Source: Kiritimatiellia bacterium (lineage in GTDB: Bacteria > Verrucomicrobiota > Kiritimatiellia > RFP12 > JBMNHG01). Taken from it: 58,728 nucleotides of DNA. Each line of letters begins with the position of its first letter. Positions within the stretch are counted from its first letter, which is position 1. Below, one piece after another: positions 19,017 to 28,038 of this stretch. Location of the stretch: the NCBI GenBank assembly GCA_045627705.1, contig JAZQOE010000069.1, forward strand, positions 1 through 58,728, written 5' to 3'. Below the pieces are notes generated by a model. The model did no database searches and was not told the DNA's origin. It worked only from the letters and a program-made list of their open reading frames with translations. Made by a program: the position numbers and the translations under genes.

Positions 19017-20252
19017 ATGAAACCCGAAGCATCCTTGATGGAAAAGTACGCGCGTCTGATTGTCGGTGTGGGCGCGAATGTCCAGCCTGGGCAAAAGGTG
19101 AGAATCAACGCGTCCGTGCAAGAACACGAGTTTGCCTGCATGGTGATGGAAGAATGCTACAAGGCCGGTGCCAAGGCAGTATCGATCGACTGGACTTGCG
19201 ACTTCCAAAACCGCTTGAACTACGAATATGCGGAAGAGGCGGTGCTTGGCGAAGTGCTGCCTTGGGAAAAGGCCAAACTACAGCAGATGGTCGAGGACCT
19301 GCCCTGTCGCATCTTCATACTGTCGGACGACCCGGACGCCCTGGCCGGCATCGACCCAAAGAAGATCGGCGCTGTCATGCGCGCCCGTGGCGCCGTGACA
19401 AAACCATACCGCAATGCGATCGAGGGCATTCACCAGTGGGTGATTGCCGCGATTCCTTCCCCCAGGTGGGCGCAAAAGTGCTTCCCTGATCTTGACGAGG
19501 AAGCAGCAATGGCGAAACTCTGGGATGCAATACTGAAAACTGTCCGTGTTTCCAAGGACAACGATCCCGTCGTCCTTTGGCATGCGCATACCGATGGGAT
19601 TTCCGCCAAGGCTGATTGGCTAAACGAACAAGGTTTCTCTTCGCTGCGCTATCGGAGCGCGAATGGCACGGACTTCACGGTCGAGTTGATTCCTGGCGCC
19701 GCATGGTGTGGGGCAAGGGAACCAAACTCAAAGAACGGCGTTTATTTTGTCCCCAACATGCCGACCGAAGAGATATTCACTTCGCCAATGGCGGGGCGTT
19801 GCGAAGGCACGCTGGTAGCTGTCAAGCCGCTCAGTTGGAACAGCCAGCTGATCGATGGTTTTTCCATTGCCTTCAAAGATGGCAAGGCGGTTTCCTGCAA
19901 GGCGGAAAAGGGACAGGAACTGCTCGAGCAAATGTTCAGGATGGACGAGACGGCGTGCATGCTTGGCGAAGTTGCGCTGGTGCCAAAGGAAAGTCCTGTC
20001 AACCAGTGCGGATTCCTCTTCTACAACACGCTCTTCGACGAGAACGCATGCTGCCATGTGGCGCTTGGCATGGGCTTCAAGGAAGTCCTGCCTAATGGCC
20101 ATGAAATAAGCATATCCGAAGCACAGAAGCAGGGGATCAACGATTCGGTGATCCATGTCGATTTCATGGTTGGCGCGGATGACCTCTCAATCACCGGCAT
20201 CAAGCCTGACGGCAGCGAAGTTCCGGTTTTCGTCAACGGAACCTGGGCTTGA
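19017..20252 (+). CDS. Aminopeptidase, M29 (AmpS/PepS) family
   Basis: MEKYARLIVGVGANVQPGQKV..., NMPTEEIFTSP, CHVALG and VIHVDFM are typical M29 blocks. The ATG at 19017 gives the family-typical N-terminus. The track ORF extends upstream into the galK 3' end. Confidence 0.85.
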   Translation: MKPEASLMEKYARLIVGVGANVQPGQKVRINASVQEHEFACMVMEECYKAGAKAVSIDWTCDFQNRLNYEYAEEAVLGEVLPWEKAKLQQMVEDLPCRIFILSDDPDALAGIDPKKIGAVMRARGAVTKPYRNAIEGIHQWVIAAIPSPRWAQKCFPDLDEEAAMAKLWDAILKTVRVSKDNDPVVLWHAHTDGISAKADWLNEQGFSSLRYRSANGTDFTVELIPGAAWCGAREPNSKNGVYFVPNMPTEEIFTSPMAGRCEGTLVAVKPLSWNSQLIDGFSIAFKDGKAVSCKAEKGQELLEQMFRMDETACMLGEVALVPKESPVNQCGFLFYNTLFDENACCHVALGMGFKEVLPNGHEISISEAQKQGINDSVIHVDFMVGADDLSITGIKPDGSEVPVFVNGTWA

Positions 20253-20341
20253 CGTACGTGGCGGAAGCGTCCGCGTCGATCCACCCGGTCATCTGTTATC
20301 TCAACATTTGTGGCGCAAGGGACACAAGCGACACAAGCGAC

Positions 20342-20548
20342 CTACGGACGCTGGTTCTTGAGCATGGATTCGGCTTCGTCGTTCAACTTGCACAGTTGGC
20401 CACCGCGCACTGGTTCCATGACCCATATCGGAAGATTGAGTTCGTTTAGCATGGTTACTTTGGCCTTGGCGTCCTGTAGCGTCCAGTCCAGCCAGGCAAG
20501 CATGCTGGACAGTGGAAAGGGTTGGAAAGGGACTATTTCGTATCGCAA
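20342..20548 (-). pseudogene. Possible relic fragment of an aldo/keto reductase gene
   Basis: The 68-codon ORF contains ...LPIWVMEPVRGGQLCKL..., resembling the (V/I)MEP(L/V)RGG block of Fe-S-type aldo/keto reductases. There is no room for the remaining ~300 aa between the convergent aminopeptidase and isomerase genes. The upstream ORF end overlaps the isomerase stop. Confidence 0.3.
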
Positions 20549-21312
20549 TACGAGCGGAAAAGCCCGATGGCATCGGCTAGTTCATTCATTGGATCATTCT
20601 TTGGAAGGAACTCCATGCCGAGGAAACCGCTGTAGCTGCCTTCGGGTATGGCGCGAAGGATTCCGCGATAATCGATGCCGTTGTCTTCGCCGGGGAATGT
20701 GCGGCCGTTAAGCGCGGCGATGTGGAAGTGCGAAATCATCGGAAGCTTCGCATCGAGATTGGCGAGCAGTTTATCGCCCGACACTTCCATGTGGTAGATG
20801 TCGTAGAGTACGGAGAAATCGGGGTCCGCAAGTTCGCGGGCGAGACGGAAGCCAAACTCTTCGCGATCGGCCTGGTAGTCCTTGTGGTCCTTGGCATTGA
20901 GCATTTCGAACTGGAGACGGACGCCGGAACCGCGTGCCTTGTCGAGCAGACGGGAGAACGCTTCGAGGCAGTTGTCGAAAGCCTCCTCGTCAGAAAGGCC
21001 ATCCTTGCGGCAGCCACTGAAGACAATCAAATTCTGCACGCCAGCATTCGCAAGCTGCTCGATCAATCGCATGTTGGCATCGAGGAGCGGATTGCGGTTC
21101 GCGCGGACGTTAAAGCCTTCCATCATGCCTTCGCCACAGGCATTGAGAAGCGCAAGTCCCGCATCCTTCGCAGCAGTCCAGCGTTCGGGCGCGACCATTT
21201 CAGCGGCGGTGTAGCCCATTTCCGCAAGTTGACCATAGTATTTCGCAGGATCGAATCCCTCGCGGAAGAAACACCAGTCGGGTGCGCTGAACTTGAGTTC
21301 GGAAGCCTTCAT
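20533..21312 (-). CDS. Sugar phosphate isomerase/epimerase (xylose isomerase-like TIM barrel; hydroxypyruvate-isomerase-like)
   Basis: 259 aa. GYTAAEM..., LIVFSG..., FEMLN..DHKDY and HFHIA are typical TIM-barrel isomerase blocks. AAGGAG lies upstream of ATG 21312. The gene is 30 nt downstream of era on the same strand. Confidence 0.8.
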   Translation of the reverse strand: MKASELKFSAPDWCFFREGFDPAKYYGQLAEMGYTAAEMVAPERWTAAKDAGLALLNACGEGMMEGFNVRANRNPLLDANMRLIEQLANAGVQNLIVFSGCRKDGLSDEEAFDNCLEAFSRLLDKARGSGVRLQFEMLNAKDHKDYQADREEFGFRLARELADPDFSVLYDIYHMEVSGDKLLANLDAKLPMISHFHIAALNGRTFPGEDNGIDYRGILRAIPEGSYSGFLGMEFLPKNDPMNELADAIGLFRSYCDTK

Positions 21313-21342
21313 CTCTGCCTACTCCTTATGGCTGCGCTGGAA

Positions 21343-22278
21343 TCAGCGTGGTTCGAGGTAGCCCATCTGGCGCATAAGCCAGAAATTCTTCGACCAATCC
21401 TTCTCCACCTTCACCCAAAGTTCGACTTCGGCATCGACGCCGAACATCTCCGAGATTTCAGGCTCGGAAGCGCGTCGGACGGCGCGTATTGTGCGGCCCT
21501 TGTATCCGAGGACGATCGGACGCTGTGATGGACGGTTCACGAAAATCGTGGCGCGGATGTGCCAGTGCGTCCCCTCCTCCGCTATGTTGTCAATGCGCAC
21601 GCCGATCTCGTGGGGCAGCTCGTCGCCAAGGCGCATGAAGAGTTTTTCGCGGATTACGTCGGAAATCGCCAGCGGACGCGGATAGTCTGTCGCGGTGTCG
21701 GACGGGAAATACGGTTCGCCCGGCTCCGCATGGGTGAAAATGAGATCGACGAGTTGCGGGACGTTGCTGTTCGATGCGGCGGCAACCTCGATCCACTCGA
21801 CATCGTCGCGGTGGTGGTCCTTCTCCTCCTGAATGGCTTTCCACGCGGCATGGTATTCGGCGACGTGCCTTGTAGTGCCGTGGTCGCACTTGTTCAACAC
21901 GATGATCACAGGTTGGTCGGCGAAAAGCGCGCGACGAAGCCATCCCTCGTCCTCAAGCTGCGGGGCATGCGATGCATCGACTACAACGGCGAGCACATTC
22001 ACGTTCGCCGACGCCTGGCGCGCCATGCGGTTCATCAGCGTACCGAGGCGGTTCTCGCTCTTGTGGAGACCGGGAGTATCGACGAGCACGATCTGTCCGC
22101 GCTTGTCGGTGAAGACGCCGCGCACAACGTTGCGCGTGGTCTGGACTACGGGCGACACAATGCTCACCTTCTCGCCGACGATTGTGTTGACGAGCGTCGA
22201 TTTGCCCGCGTTCGTACGCCCTACGACGCCCACTATCGCGTAGCGGCGTTCCTTCTTTGTTTCATTCGCTTCTGCCAT
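21343..22278 (-). CDS. era: GTPase Era
   Basis: G1 GRTNAGKST, G3 DTPG and G4 NKCD, plus a C-terminal KH domain (VLGYKGRTIRAV). The ATG at 22278 gives the family-typical N-terminus. The track ORF extends 35 codons further upstream. Confidence 0.9.
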   Translation of the reverse strand: MAEANETKKERRYAIVGVVGRTNAGKSTLVNTIVGEKVSIVSPVVQTTRNVVRGVFTDKRGQIVLVDTPGLHKSENRLGTLMNRMARQASANVNVLAVVVDASHAPQLEDEGWLRRALFADQPVIIVLNKCDHGTTRHVAEYHAAWKAIQEEKDHHRDDVEWIEVAAASNSNVPQLVDLIFTHAEPGEPYFPSDTATDYPRPLAISDVIREKLFMRLGDELPHEIGVRIDNIAEEGTHWHIRATIFVNRPSQRPIVLGYKGRTIRAVRRASEPEISEMFGVDAEVELWVKVEKDWSKNFWLMRQMGYLEPR

Positions 22279-22356
22279 GGGGCGAATGGTAATCCTTACG
22301 GAGGTCCGGCGGCAAGATGAATCTCCCAATGAACGCCCGGTTTCACGAGCGCGGCA

Positions 22357-22384
22357 TTGATTCCCAAGGGGGATGTGGTACAAT
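22357..22384 (+). promoter_or_regulatory. Candidate sigma-70 promoter of parE (TTGATT-N16-TGgTACAAT)
   Basis: -35 TTGATT at 22357-22362, 16-nt spacer, extended -10 TG at 22376-22377 and TACAAT at 22379-22384. The predicted TSS is about 22391, only 3-4 nt before ATG 22395. No Shine-Dalgarno is present. Confidence 0.45.
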
Positions 22385-22394
22385 ACCCCCCATC

Positions 22395-24251
22395 ATGGCA
22401 TCCGATACGAATCAACAAGATCTTGTCGCCGCCGCTTCCGATTATGGCGACAGCTCAATCCAGACACTTTCCGACGTTGCGCACATCCGCGCCAGGCTTG
22501 GCATGTACATCGGCCGCGCCGGCGATGGTTCCCAGTACGAAGACGGCATATACATCCTCCTGAAGGAGGTCATCGACAATGCGATCGACGAATTTATCAT
22601 GGGGCATGGCAAGCGCGTCGAAATCCGCCTGAACTTCAATTCCGGCGAGGTGACAGTGCGCGACTTCGGTCGCGGCATCCCGCTCGGCAAGGTCGTGGAC
22701 TGCGTCTCGAAGAAAAACACAGGCGGCAAGTTCGACGACAAGTCGTTCCAGTTCTCGGTCGGCATGAACGGCGTCGGCACGAAGGCCGTGAACGCACTTT
22801 CGTCCGAGTTCGAAGTGCGTTCCGTGCGCGATGGCGAATTCTCCGAGGCCTCATTCCGCGAGGGCGAACTTGTCTCGCAGAATCGCGACAAGCTTACGGC
22901 GAACGAGCGCAACGGCACCTTCGTGCGCTTCATCCCCGATCCGAATATCTTCAAGAACTACCAGTTCCGCGAAGAGCACGTGCTCCGCAGGATGCGCATG
23001 TACGCATATCTCAACGCGGGTCTCACGATCGACTTCAACGGTTCGAAGATCATCTCGGAAAACGGGCTGCTCGACCTCATACACGACGAGTCCGACCTCG
23101 AGAAGCTCTACACGCCGTTCCACTACCGCTCGAAGCAGCTCGAAGTGGTGTTCGTCCACACGAACCGCTTCAGCGAATCGTACTTCTCGTTTGTGAACGG
23201 CCAGTTCACGACCGATGGCGGCACGCACCTCACGGCCTTCAAGGAGGGCGTCCTCAAGGCCGTCAACGAATACTCGAAGAAGAAGTTCGATGGCGACGAC
23301 GTGCGCGACGGCATCGTCGGCGCGATTTCCGTGCGCGTGCAGAACCCCGTATTCGAGGCGCAGACGAAGAACAAGCTCGGCATGCCAGACCTCCGCAACG
23401 GCTGGGTGAACGAGGTCAAGCGCGTTGTCGAAGAGCAGTTCCACCGCGAACCGGGCGAGGCGGCCAAGCTGCTCGAGAAGATTGCATCGACAAGCGAGAT
23501 GCGCGCCGAGATCGGCAAGGTGAAGAAGCTCGCCCGCGAGCGCGCCCGCGCCGTGACCGTGCGAGTGCCGCAGCTGAGCGACTGCAAGCACCACCTGAAC
23601 ATGGCGAAGGATAGCGGCCATGACTCGATGATCTTCATCGTGGAGGGCTTGTCCGCCGCGGGCACGCTCAAGAACTCGCGAGACGCGAACAACCAGGCCG
23701 TCTTCACCCTGCGCGGCAAGCCGCTGAACGTGTGCGAACTGAAGCGCGATGCCCTTTACAAGAACGAGGAACTCTTCAACCTTATGAAGAGCCTCGACAT
23801 CGAGGAAGCGTTTGAACGCCTGCGCTACGAGAAGGTCGTGCTTGCGACGGATGCCGATGTCGATGGACTCCACATCCGCAACCTGATGATCACCTTCTTC
23901 ATGAAGTTCTTCGACCGCGTGATCAAGGAGGGGCACCTCTTCATCCTCGAGACGCCGTTGTTCCGCGTGAGGAACAAGAAGGAAAACTTCTACTGCTACA
24001 CCGAAGAAGAGCGCGTAAAGGCGATCGACAAGGTCGGCAAGGGCGGCGAGATCACACGGTTCAAGGGCCTCGGCGAAATCAACAAGGAAGAGTTCCGCGA
24101 TTTCATCGGCAAGGACATGCGCCTTACGCCAGTTGACGCATCACATGATGTATCGGTGCGCGACACACTCCAGTTCTACATGGGTTCGAACACCCGCGAG
24201 CGCCGCCAGTACATCATGGACAACCTCGTCGTCGGCGAGGAGTCGCTGTAG
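22395..24251 (+). CDS. parE: Type IIA topoisomerase B subunit (short, ParE-like)
   Basis: YGDSSIQTLSDVAHIRARLGMYIG..DGIYILLKEVIDNAIDE (GHKL ATPase N-box), Toprim EGLSAAG, and DADVDGLHIRNL. 618 aa, resembling Bacteroidetes-type ParE rather than long GyrB. Confidence 0.8.
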   Translation: MASDTNQQDLVAAASDYGDSSIQTLSDVAHIRARLGMYIGRAGDGSQYEDGIYILLKEVIDNAIDEFIMGHGKRVEIRLNFNSGEVTVRDFGRGIPLGKVVDCVSKKNTGGKFDDKSFQFSVGMNGVGTKAVNALSSEFEVRSVRDGEFSEASFREGELVSQNRDKLTANERNGTFVRFIPDPNIFKNYQFREEHVLRRMRMYAYLNAGLTIDFNGSKIISENGLLDLIHDESDLEKLYTPFHYRSKQLEVVFVHTNRFSESYFSFVNGQFTTDGGTHLTAFKEGVLKAVNEYSKKKFDGDDVRDGIVGAISVRVQNPVFEAQTKNKLGMPDLRNGWVNEVKRVVEEQFHREPGEAAKLLEKIASTSEMRAEIGKVKKLARERARAVTVRVPQLSDCKHHLNMAKDSGHDSMIFIVEGLSAAGTLKNSRDANNQAVFTLRGKPLNVCELKRDALYKNEELFNLMKSLDIEEAFERLRYEKVVLATDADVDGLHIRNLMITFFMKFFDRVIKEGHLFILETPLFRVRNKKENFYCYTEEERVKAIDKVGKGGEITRFKGLGEINKEEFRDFIGKDMRLTPVDASHDVSVRDTLQFYMGSNTRERRQYIMDNLVVGEESL

Positions 24252-24291
24252 CCATTCATCCCACGGTCCTTCAACAGGCAAGGGACGCTTC

Positions 24292-24326
24292 TTGCCAACT
24301 GGTAAGCAAAGTATTATTCTCTTACC
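24292..24326 (+). promoter_or_regulatory. Candidate promoter/operator of the vapBC-defence operon
   Basis: TTGCCA (24292-24297)-N17-TATTCT (24315-24320). The inverted repeat GGTAAG (24301-24306) / CTTACC (24321-24326) straddles the -10. AGGAG is 7 nt before ATG 24350. A separate hairpin GGCAAG-N8-CTTGCC (24277-24296) follows the parE stop. Confidence 0.3.
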
Positions 24327-24349
24327 CATCTTACAAATAGGAGAACGCA

Positions 24350-24679
24350 ATGTATTCAGTCGAAACTGCAAAAATGTCGTCCAAGGGGCAACTTGTAATC
24401 CCGGATGCATTGCGGAAGCGCTATGGATGGCAACCGGGTACGACCCTGCTGATGATTGGAACCGGTGATGCGATAGTGCTTCAGGCGCTTCAAACTCCGA
24501 GCGACGAGACGATCGACTCCGTATTGGCAGAATCGAAAGCCGCAGGCGATTCTGTGTCGCATCGCATCGCAAATGCGAAAGCGGCATTGTCAAAACTAGG
24601 GAAACTTGGCATAAGGCTGCCAAATGGCATTGAAAAGAGTGAATCGCGCCGTTCCATGCTTCTGGAGAAACATTCTTGA
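24350..24679 (+). CDS. vapB: AbrB/MazE/SpoVT-family antitoxin (VapB-like)
   Basis: N-terminal KMSSKGQLVIPDALRKRYGW is the SpoVT-AbrB swapped-hairpin motif. The protein is small (109 aa) and overlaps the downstream PIN gene by 4 nt. Confidence 0.75.
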   Translation: MYSVETAKMSSKGQLVIPDALRKRYGWQPGTTLLMIGTGDAIVLQALQTPSDETIDSVLAESKAAGDSVSHRIANAKAALSKLGKLGIRLPNGIEKSESRRSMLLEKHS

Positions 24680-25074
24680 AAGTAATGTTCGATATAAATG
24701 TCATTCTCGACATTCTGGCGAACAGGGAACCGTTCCTCGATGATTCCAGGTCGGCCTTCATGAGGGCGATAGAGAACGACGATGAACCATTTGTAGCCGT
24801 ACATGCATTGTCAACGCTGTATTATCTTCTTGGGAGCGCCACGACCCGCAAGCTTCGCGATGCAGCCATGGGATGGATATTCAATTCCTTCAAGATTGCA
24901 GGTGCGGGAGAAGTGGAGGCGAATGCCGCGCGCGCGATGAAGTTTCGAGATTTCGAAGACGCATTGGTCGCGGCATGCGCGGTATCGTCAAGTTGTGAAG
25001 TAATTGTCACACGCAATCTCAAGGACTTCAGGAATTCCCCGATCCGGGCAGTTCATCCCCGCGAGTTCCAATGA
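24676..25074 (+). CDS. vapC: PIN-domain toxin (VapC-like ribonuclease)
   Basis: MFDINVILD (first acidic residue), FEDALV and VTRNLKDF are typical PIN blocks. TTG 24676 overlaps the vapB stop. ATG 24685 is an alternative start. Confidence 0.8.
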   Translation: MKVMFDINVILDILANREPFLDDSRSAFMRAIENDDEPFVAVHALSTLYYLLGSATTRKLRDAAMGWIFNSFKIAGAGEVEANAARAMKFRDFEDALVAACAVSSSCEVIVTRNLKDFRNSPIRAVHPREFQ

Positions 25075-26690
25075 CGAAAATCGAAAATTCGCAAGCGCTT
25101 TTCATGGGTGAAGAACAAGGACATCCCGTTGCCAGTGCCATGGCCAGGAAGAACGAACCTGCCGCCATCGGCGCATACACCCTGGTGCTTGACGATGCGC
25201 CGGATGATGGACAGCCACGCTATCGCGAAACGCCGATCGCATTCGGCGCGGGTGCGCGGCCGATTGGGTTGTCATCATTGGACGAAAGGCGTGTGCCGGA
25301 AAGAATCCGTCAGATGCGGCGGCTCCACGATTACGCTGACGACTCCTACACTCAGCGGCACAAGAACTTCTTCCTGCAGGGCATCTTCATGGCGGACTAC
25401 GAAGACAATGCGCCATGGCATGGCAACTTGCATCGCTATTTCCCTGTTTATGACGATCTTTCAGTTTCACAGCTGCGTGGCTATTTCACATGGCGGACAC
25501 AGCTCCGGAAAGGGCGCTTCGAAGAGATTACCCCTTCGTTCGCCTATCTCTACATCTATGAAATCCTCAATGGCATCGGAACGAAATCCGTCGAGGAAGG
25601 CATCGGGCGACTTGTAGAGTTCGAGAAGCAATACATAGATGCCGGCTTCGGCGATGACATCATGCGGCGGAACCTGCGACAGTGGCGCCTGGAGTTCGCG
25701 GTGGTGAGTGGACTGCCGCCTGACAAACTGCGCGAATACGCGCATCCGCAGATCCTGAAGACAGATGCGGCGCTGTACACGTTGAAGAATCCACAGTCTG
25801 CCGATGACGCAGCAGTCTTCGACGCGATGTGCGCAATGGGAAATGCTAAACTGGCCACATCGCCAGTGGTCACGAAGAAAGGCGATGCAGGGATACATCT
25901 CTTCGCTGAGACATGGCGCGTGGCCCTTGCAAAATGCCTCATAGACGGGAAAAATCTCTTCGCAGCCTGTTTCGGCACACGCTGCTCCTGCCACTGGTAT
26001 CCGCTCGCAAACGCGGTTTACTGGCGTCGCTACCCGATGAGCCCAGTCGTCAGGGAACTCAACCCATGCCACCACTTCCTCATCAAGGACGGCGGGTGGT
26101 TCGAGCGGTGCTACCGCAAGATCAACTTCAACCGCGAACTGTTCGCGGGCTTCCTTCACGAGACAGACCGTCAACTTAGAAATTACTTTAGGCAAGTCGG
26201 CGGACCCATGCGCGAACGCAAGGAGGAATCATGGGCGTCCGAGTATGTGCATTCCGTGATACAGGCGGATCAAAAGGCCAGGATCGAGGCCGCGCGCCCA
26301 AAGGTATCGATCAGTTTCACGGAACTCGATAAGATCCGCGATGACGCCCTGCAAACACAGGATTGGCTGTTGACGGACGACGAGAAGGCGGATGCTCCAT
26401 GCGAAACGCCAGTGGCGGCTGTCGAGTCCCCATCGGGGCAAGCAGACGAAACATCCCCGCGGATTGCGTTGGACGATTTCCATGCCGCCGTGGTATGCGC
26501 GCTTTTGCGTGGCGAGTCCCCTGCCCCGTTGATCGCCGCTCACCACGCCATGCCGGAGATTATTGCCGATGCGTTAAACGAAGCATTTTTCGATGAAATC
26601 GGCGACACCGCTTTTTCCTGCGATGACGGTTCTCTCGCCATCATCGAAGATTATCGCGATGATGTCGCAAGGCTGATTGGAGAATTTTGA
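25071..26690 (+). CDS. sngA: TerB-N / TerB-C domain protein (Shango SngA-like)
   Basis: YFPVYDDLSVSQLRGYFTWRTQLRKGRFEEITPSFAYLYIYEILNG matches my memory of the TerB_N hallmark. The C-terminal MPEIIADALNEAFFDEIGDTAF..LAIIEDYRDDV resembles TerB_C. ATG 25071 overlaps the vapC stop (ATGA). Confidence 0.65.
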   Translation: MTKIENSQALFMGEEQGHPVASAMARKNEPAAIGAYTLVLDDAPDDGQPRYRETPIAFGAGARPIGLSSLDERRVPERIRQMRRLHDYADDSYTQRHKNFFLQGIFMADYEDNAPWHGNLHRYFPVYDDLSVSQLRGYFTWRTQLRKGRFEEITPSFAYLYIYEILNGIGTKSVEEGIGRLVEFEKQYIDAGFGDDIMRRNLRQWRLEFAVVSGLPPDKLREYAHPQILKTDAALYTLKNPQSADDAAVFDAMCAMGNAKLATSPVVTKKGDAGIHLFAETWRVALAKCLIDGKNLFAACFGTRCSCHWYPLANAVYWRRYPMSPVVRELNPCHHFLIKDGGWFERCYRKINFNRELFAGFLHETDRQLRNYFRQVGGPMRERKEESWASEYVHSVIQADQKARIEAARPKVSISFTELDKIRDDALQTQDWLLTDDEKADAPCETPVAAVESPSGQADETSPRIALDDFHAAVVCALLRGESPAPLIAAHHAMPEIIADALNEAFFDEIGDTAFSCDDGSLAIIEDYRDDVARLIGEF

Positions 26691-26691
26691 A

Positions 26692-28023
26692 ATGGATGAA
26701 CCAACAAGAAAAGTACCGCGTCGCATAGCGCAAACCGTGCTCAATTCGCTCAAGGGCGGCGTTGTACCGAGGATCGGCTTGCCGTATGTCACGGTCGGGC
26801 GCAAGAGCGAGATCCAAGCATTGCTGCACGATGTGGACATCATCTCGGAAGGCGGCGCGTCATTCAGGTTCATCGTCGGGCGCTATGGATCTGGCAAGAG
26901 CTTCCTTCTCCAGACAATCCGCAATCACGTAATGGATCGCGGTTTTATCGTTGCCGATGCGGATCTCTCGCCCGAACGCCGTCTCCAAGGCACACATGGA
27001 CAAGGCCTCGCGACATACCGGGAACTGATCGGGAATCTTTCGACCAGGACAAAACCCGAGGGCGGCGCGCTCACGCTTATCCTCGACCGCTGGATCGGAG
27101 CGGCGCAATCCGCCGCCGCGCAGGAATCGGGCCATGCTCCAGGCGATCCAGCGCTCACGCCGCTCGTTGACCGCAAGATCGCGGAAGTCACGGCGTCGGT
27201 CAGGGAACTCGTCCACGGCTTCGAATTCGCGAGGCTGCTTTCCGCCTACTACCATGCGTATGTCGGAGGCGATGACGAAACGAAGGCAAAGGTCGTCCGC
27301 TGGTTCCGCGGCGAGTATTCGCTGAAGCGCGAGGCGAAGGAAGAACTTGGCGTGAACATCATCATCACCGATGACGACTGGTACGACTATCTGAAGCTCT
27401 TCGCCGTTTTCTTCCGTCTCGCAGGCTACGCGGGAATGATGATCATGGTCGATGAGCTTGTGAACATCTACAAGATTCCGAACTCGATCACGCGCCAGTA
27501 CAACTACGAGAAGATGCTCACGATGTACAACGACACCCTTCAGGGCAAGGCGAAATACCTGGGCATCATCATGGGCGCGACACCGCAGGCGATCGAAGAC
27601 AAGCGTCGCGGAGTTTACAGCTACGAGGCGCTTCGCTCGCGACTGTCGGAAGGGAAGTTCTCGAAACCGGGCGCACGTGATTTGCTGGCGCCTGTCATCC
27701 GGCTGGAACCACTTGTCGCCGAAGAAATGCTGGTCCTCTGCGAAAAGCTTGCGGCGATGCATGCGGACCTTTACGGGTATCCGTGCCGTATCGCCACCGA
27801 CGATCTTGCCGCGTTCATAAGAATCGAGTACGAGCGTATCGGCGCCGACGCCAACATCACGCCGCGCGAGGTGATCCGCGACTTCATTGAACTTCTCGAC
27901 CTGCTGTATCAGAATCCGGCAATGACGCCACAGGCGCTTCTCGAATCTGACGCCTTCACATACGCGAAATCCGAGGCCGTCTCCGACAATGCAGAGCAGT
28001 CCTTCGTCGAGTTCGAGCTCTAG
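26692..28023 (+). CDS. sngB: DUF2791 / BrxD-like P-loop ATPase (Shango SngB-like)
   Basis: LKGGVVPRIGLPYVTVGRKSEIQALLHDVDIISEGGASFRFIVGRYGSGKSFLL is the DUF2791-type N-terminus with Walker A. Walker B is MMIMVDE. GGAG is 9 nt before ATG 26692, and 1 nt separates that ATG from the upstream stop (TGA ending at 26690). The track ORF starts at TTG 26677. Confidence 0.65.
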   Translation: MDEPTRKVPRRIAQTVLNSLKGGVVPRIGLPYVTVGRKSEIQALLHDVDIISEGGASFRFIVGRYGSGKSFLLQTIRNHVMDRGFIVADADLSPERRLQGTHGQGLATYRELIGNLSTRTKPEGGALTLILDRWIGAAQSAAAQESGHAPGDPALTPLVDRKIAEVTASVRELVHGFEFARLLSAYYHAYVGGDDETKAKVVRWFRGEYSLKREAKEELGVNIIITDDDWYDYLKLFAVFFRLAGYAGMMIMVDELVNIYKIPNSITRQYNYEKMLTMYNDTLQGKAKYLGIIMGATPQAIEDKRRGVYSYEALRSRLSEGKFSKPGARDLLAPVIRLEPLVAEEMLVLCEKLAAMHADLYGYPCRIATDDLAAFIRIEYERIGADANITPREVIRDFIELLDLLYQNPAMTPQALLESDAFTYAKSEAVSDNAEQSFVEFEL

Positions 28024-28038
28024 CGGGAGCCAGCGGCA

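Noticed and set aside
20249-20449. A 66-aa plus-strand ORF and a 133-aa ORF (20310-20711) in or near the convergent gap.
   Set aside because: Neither has an RBS or recognisable motifs. The longer one runs antisense into the isomerase CDS.
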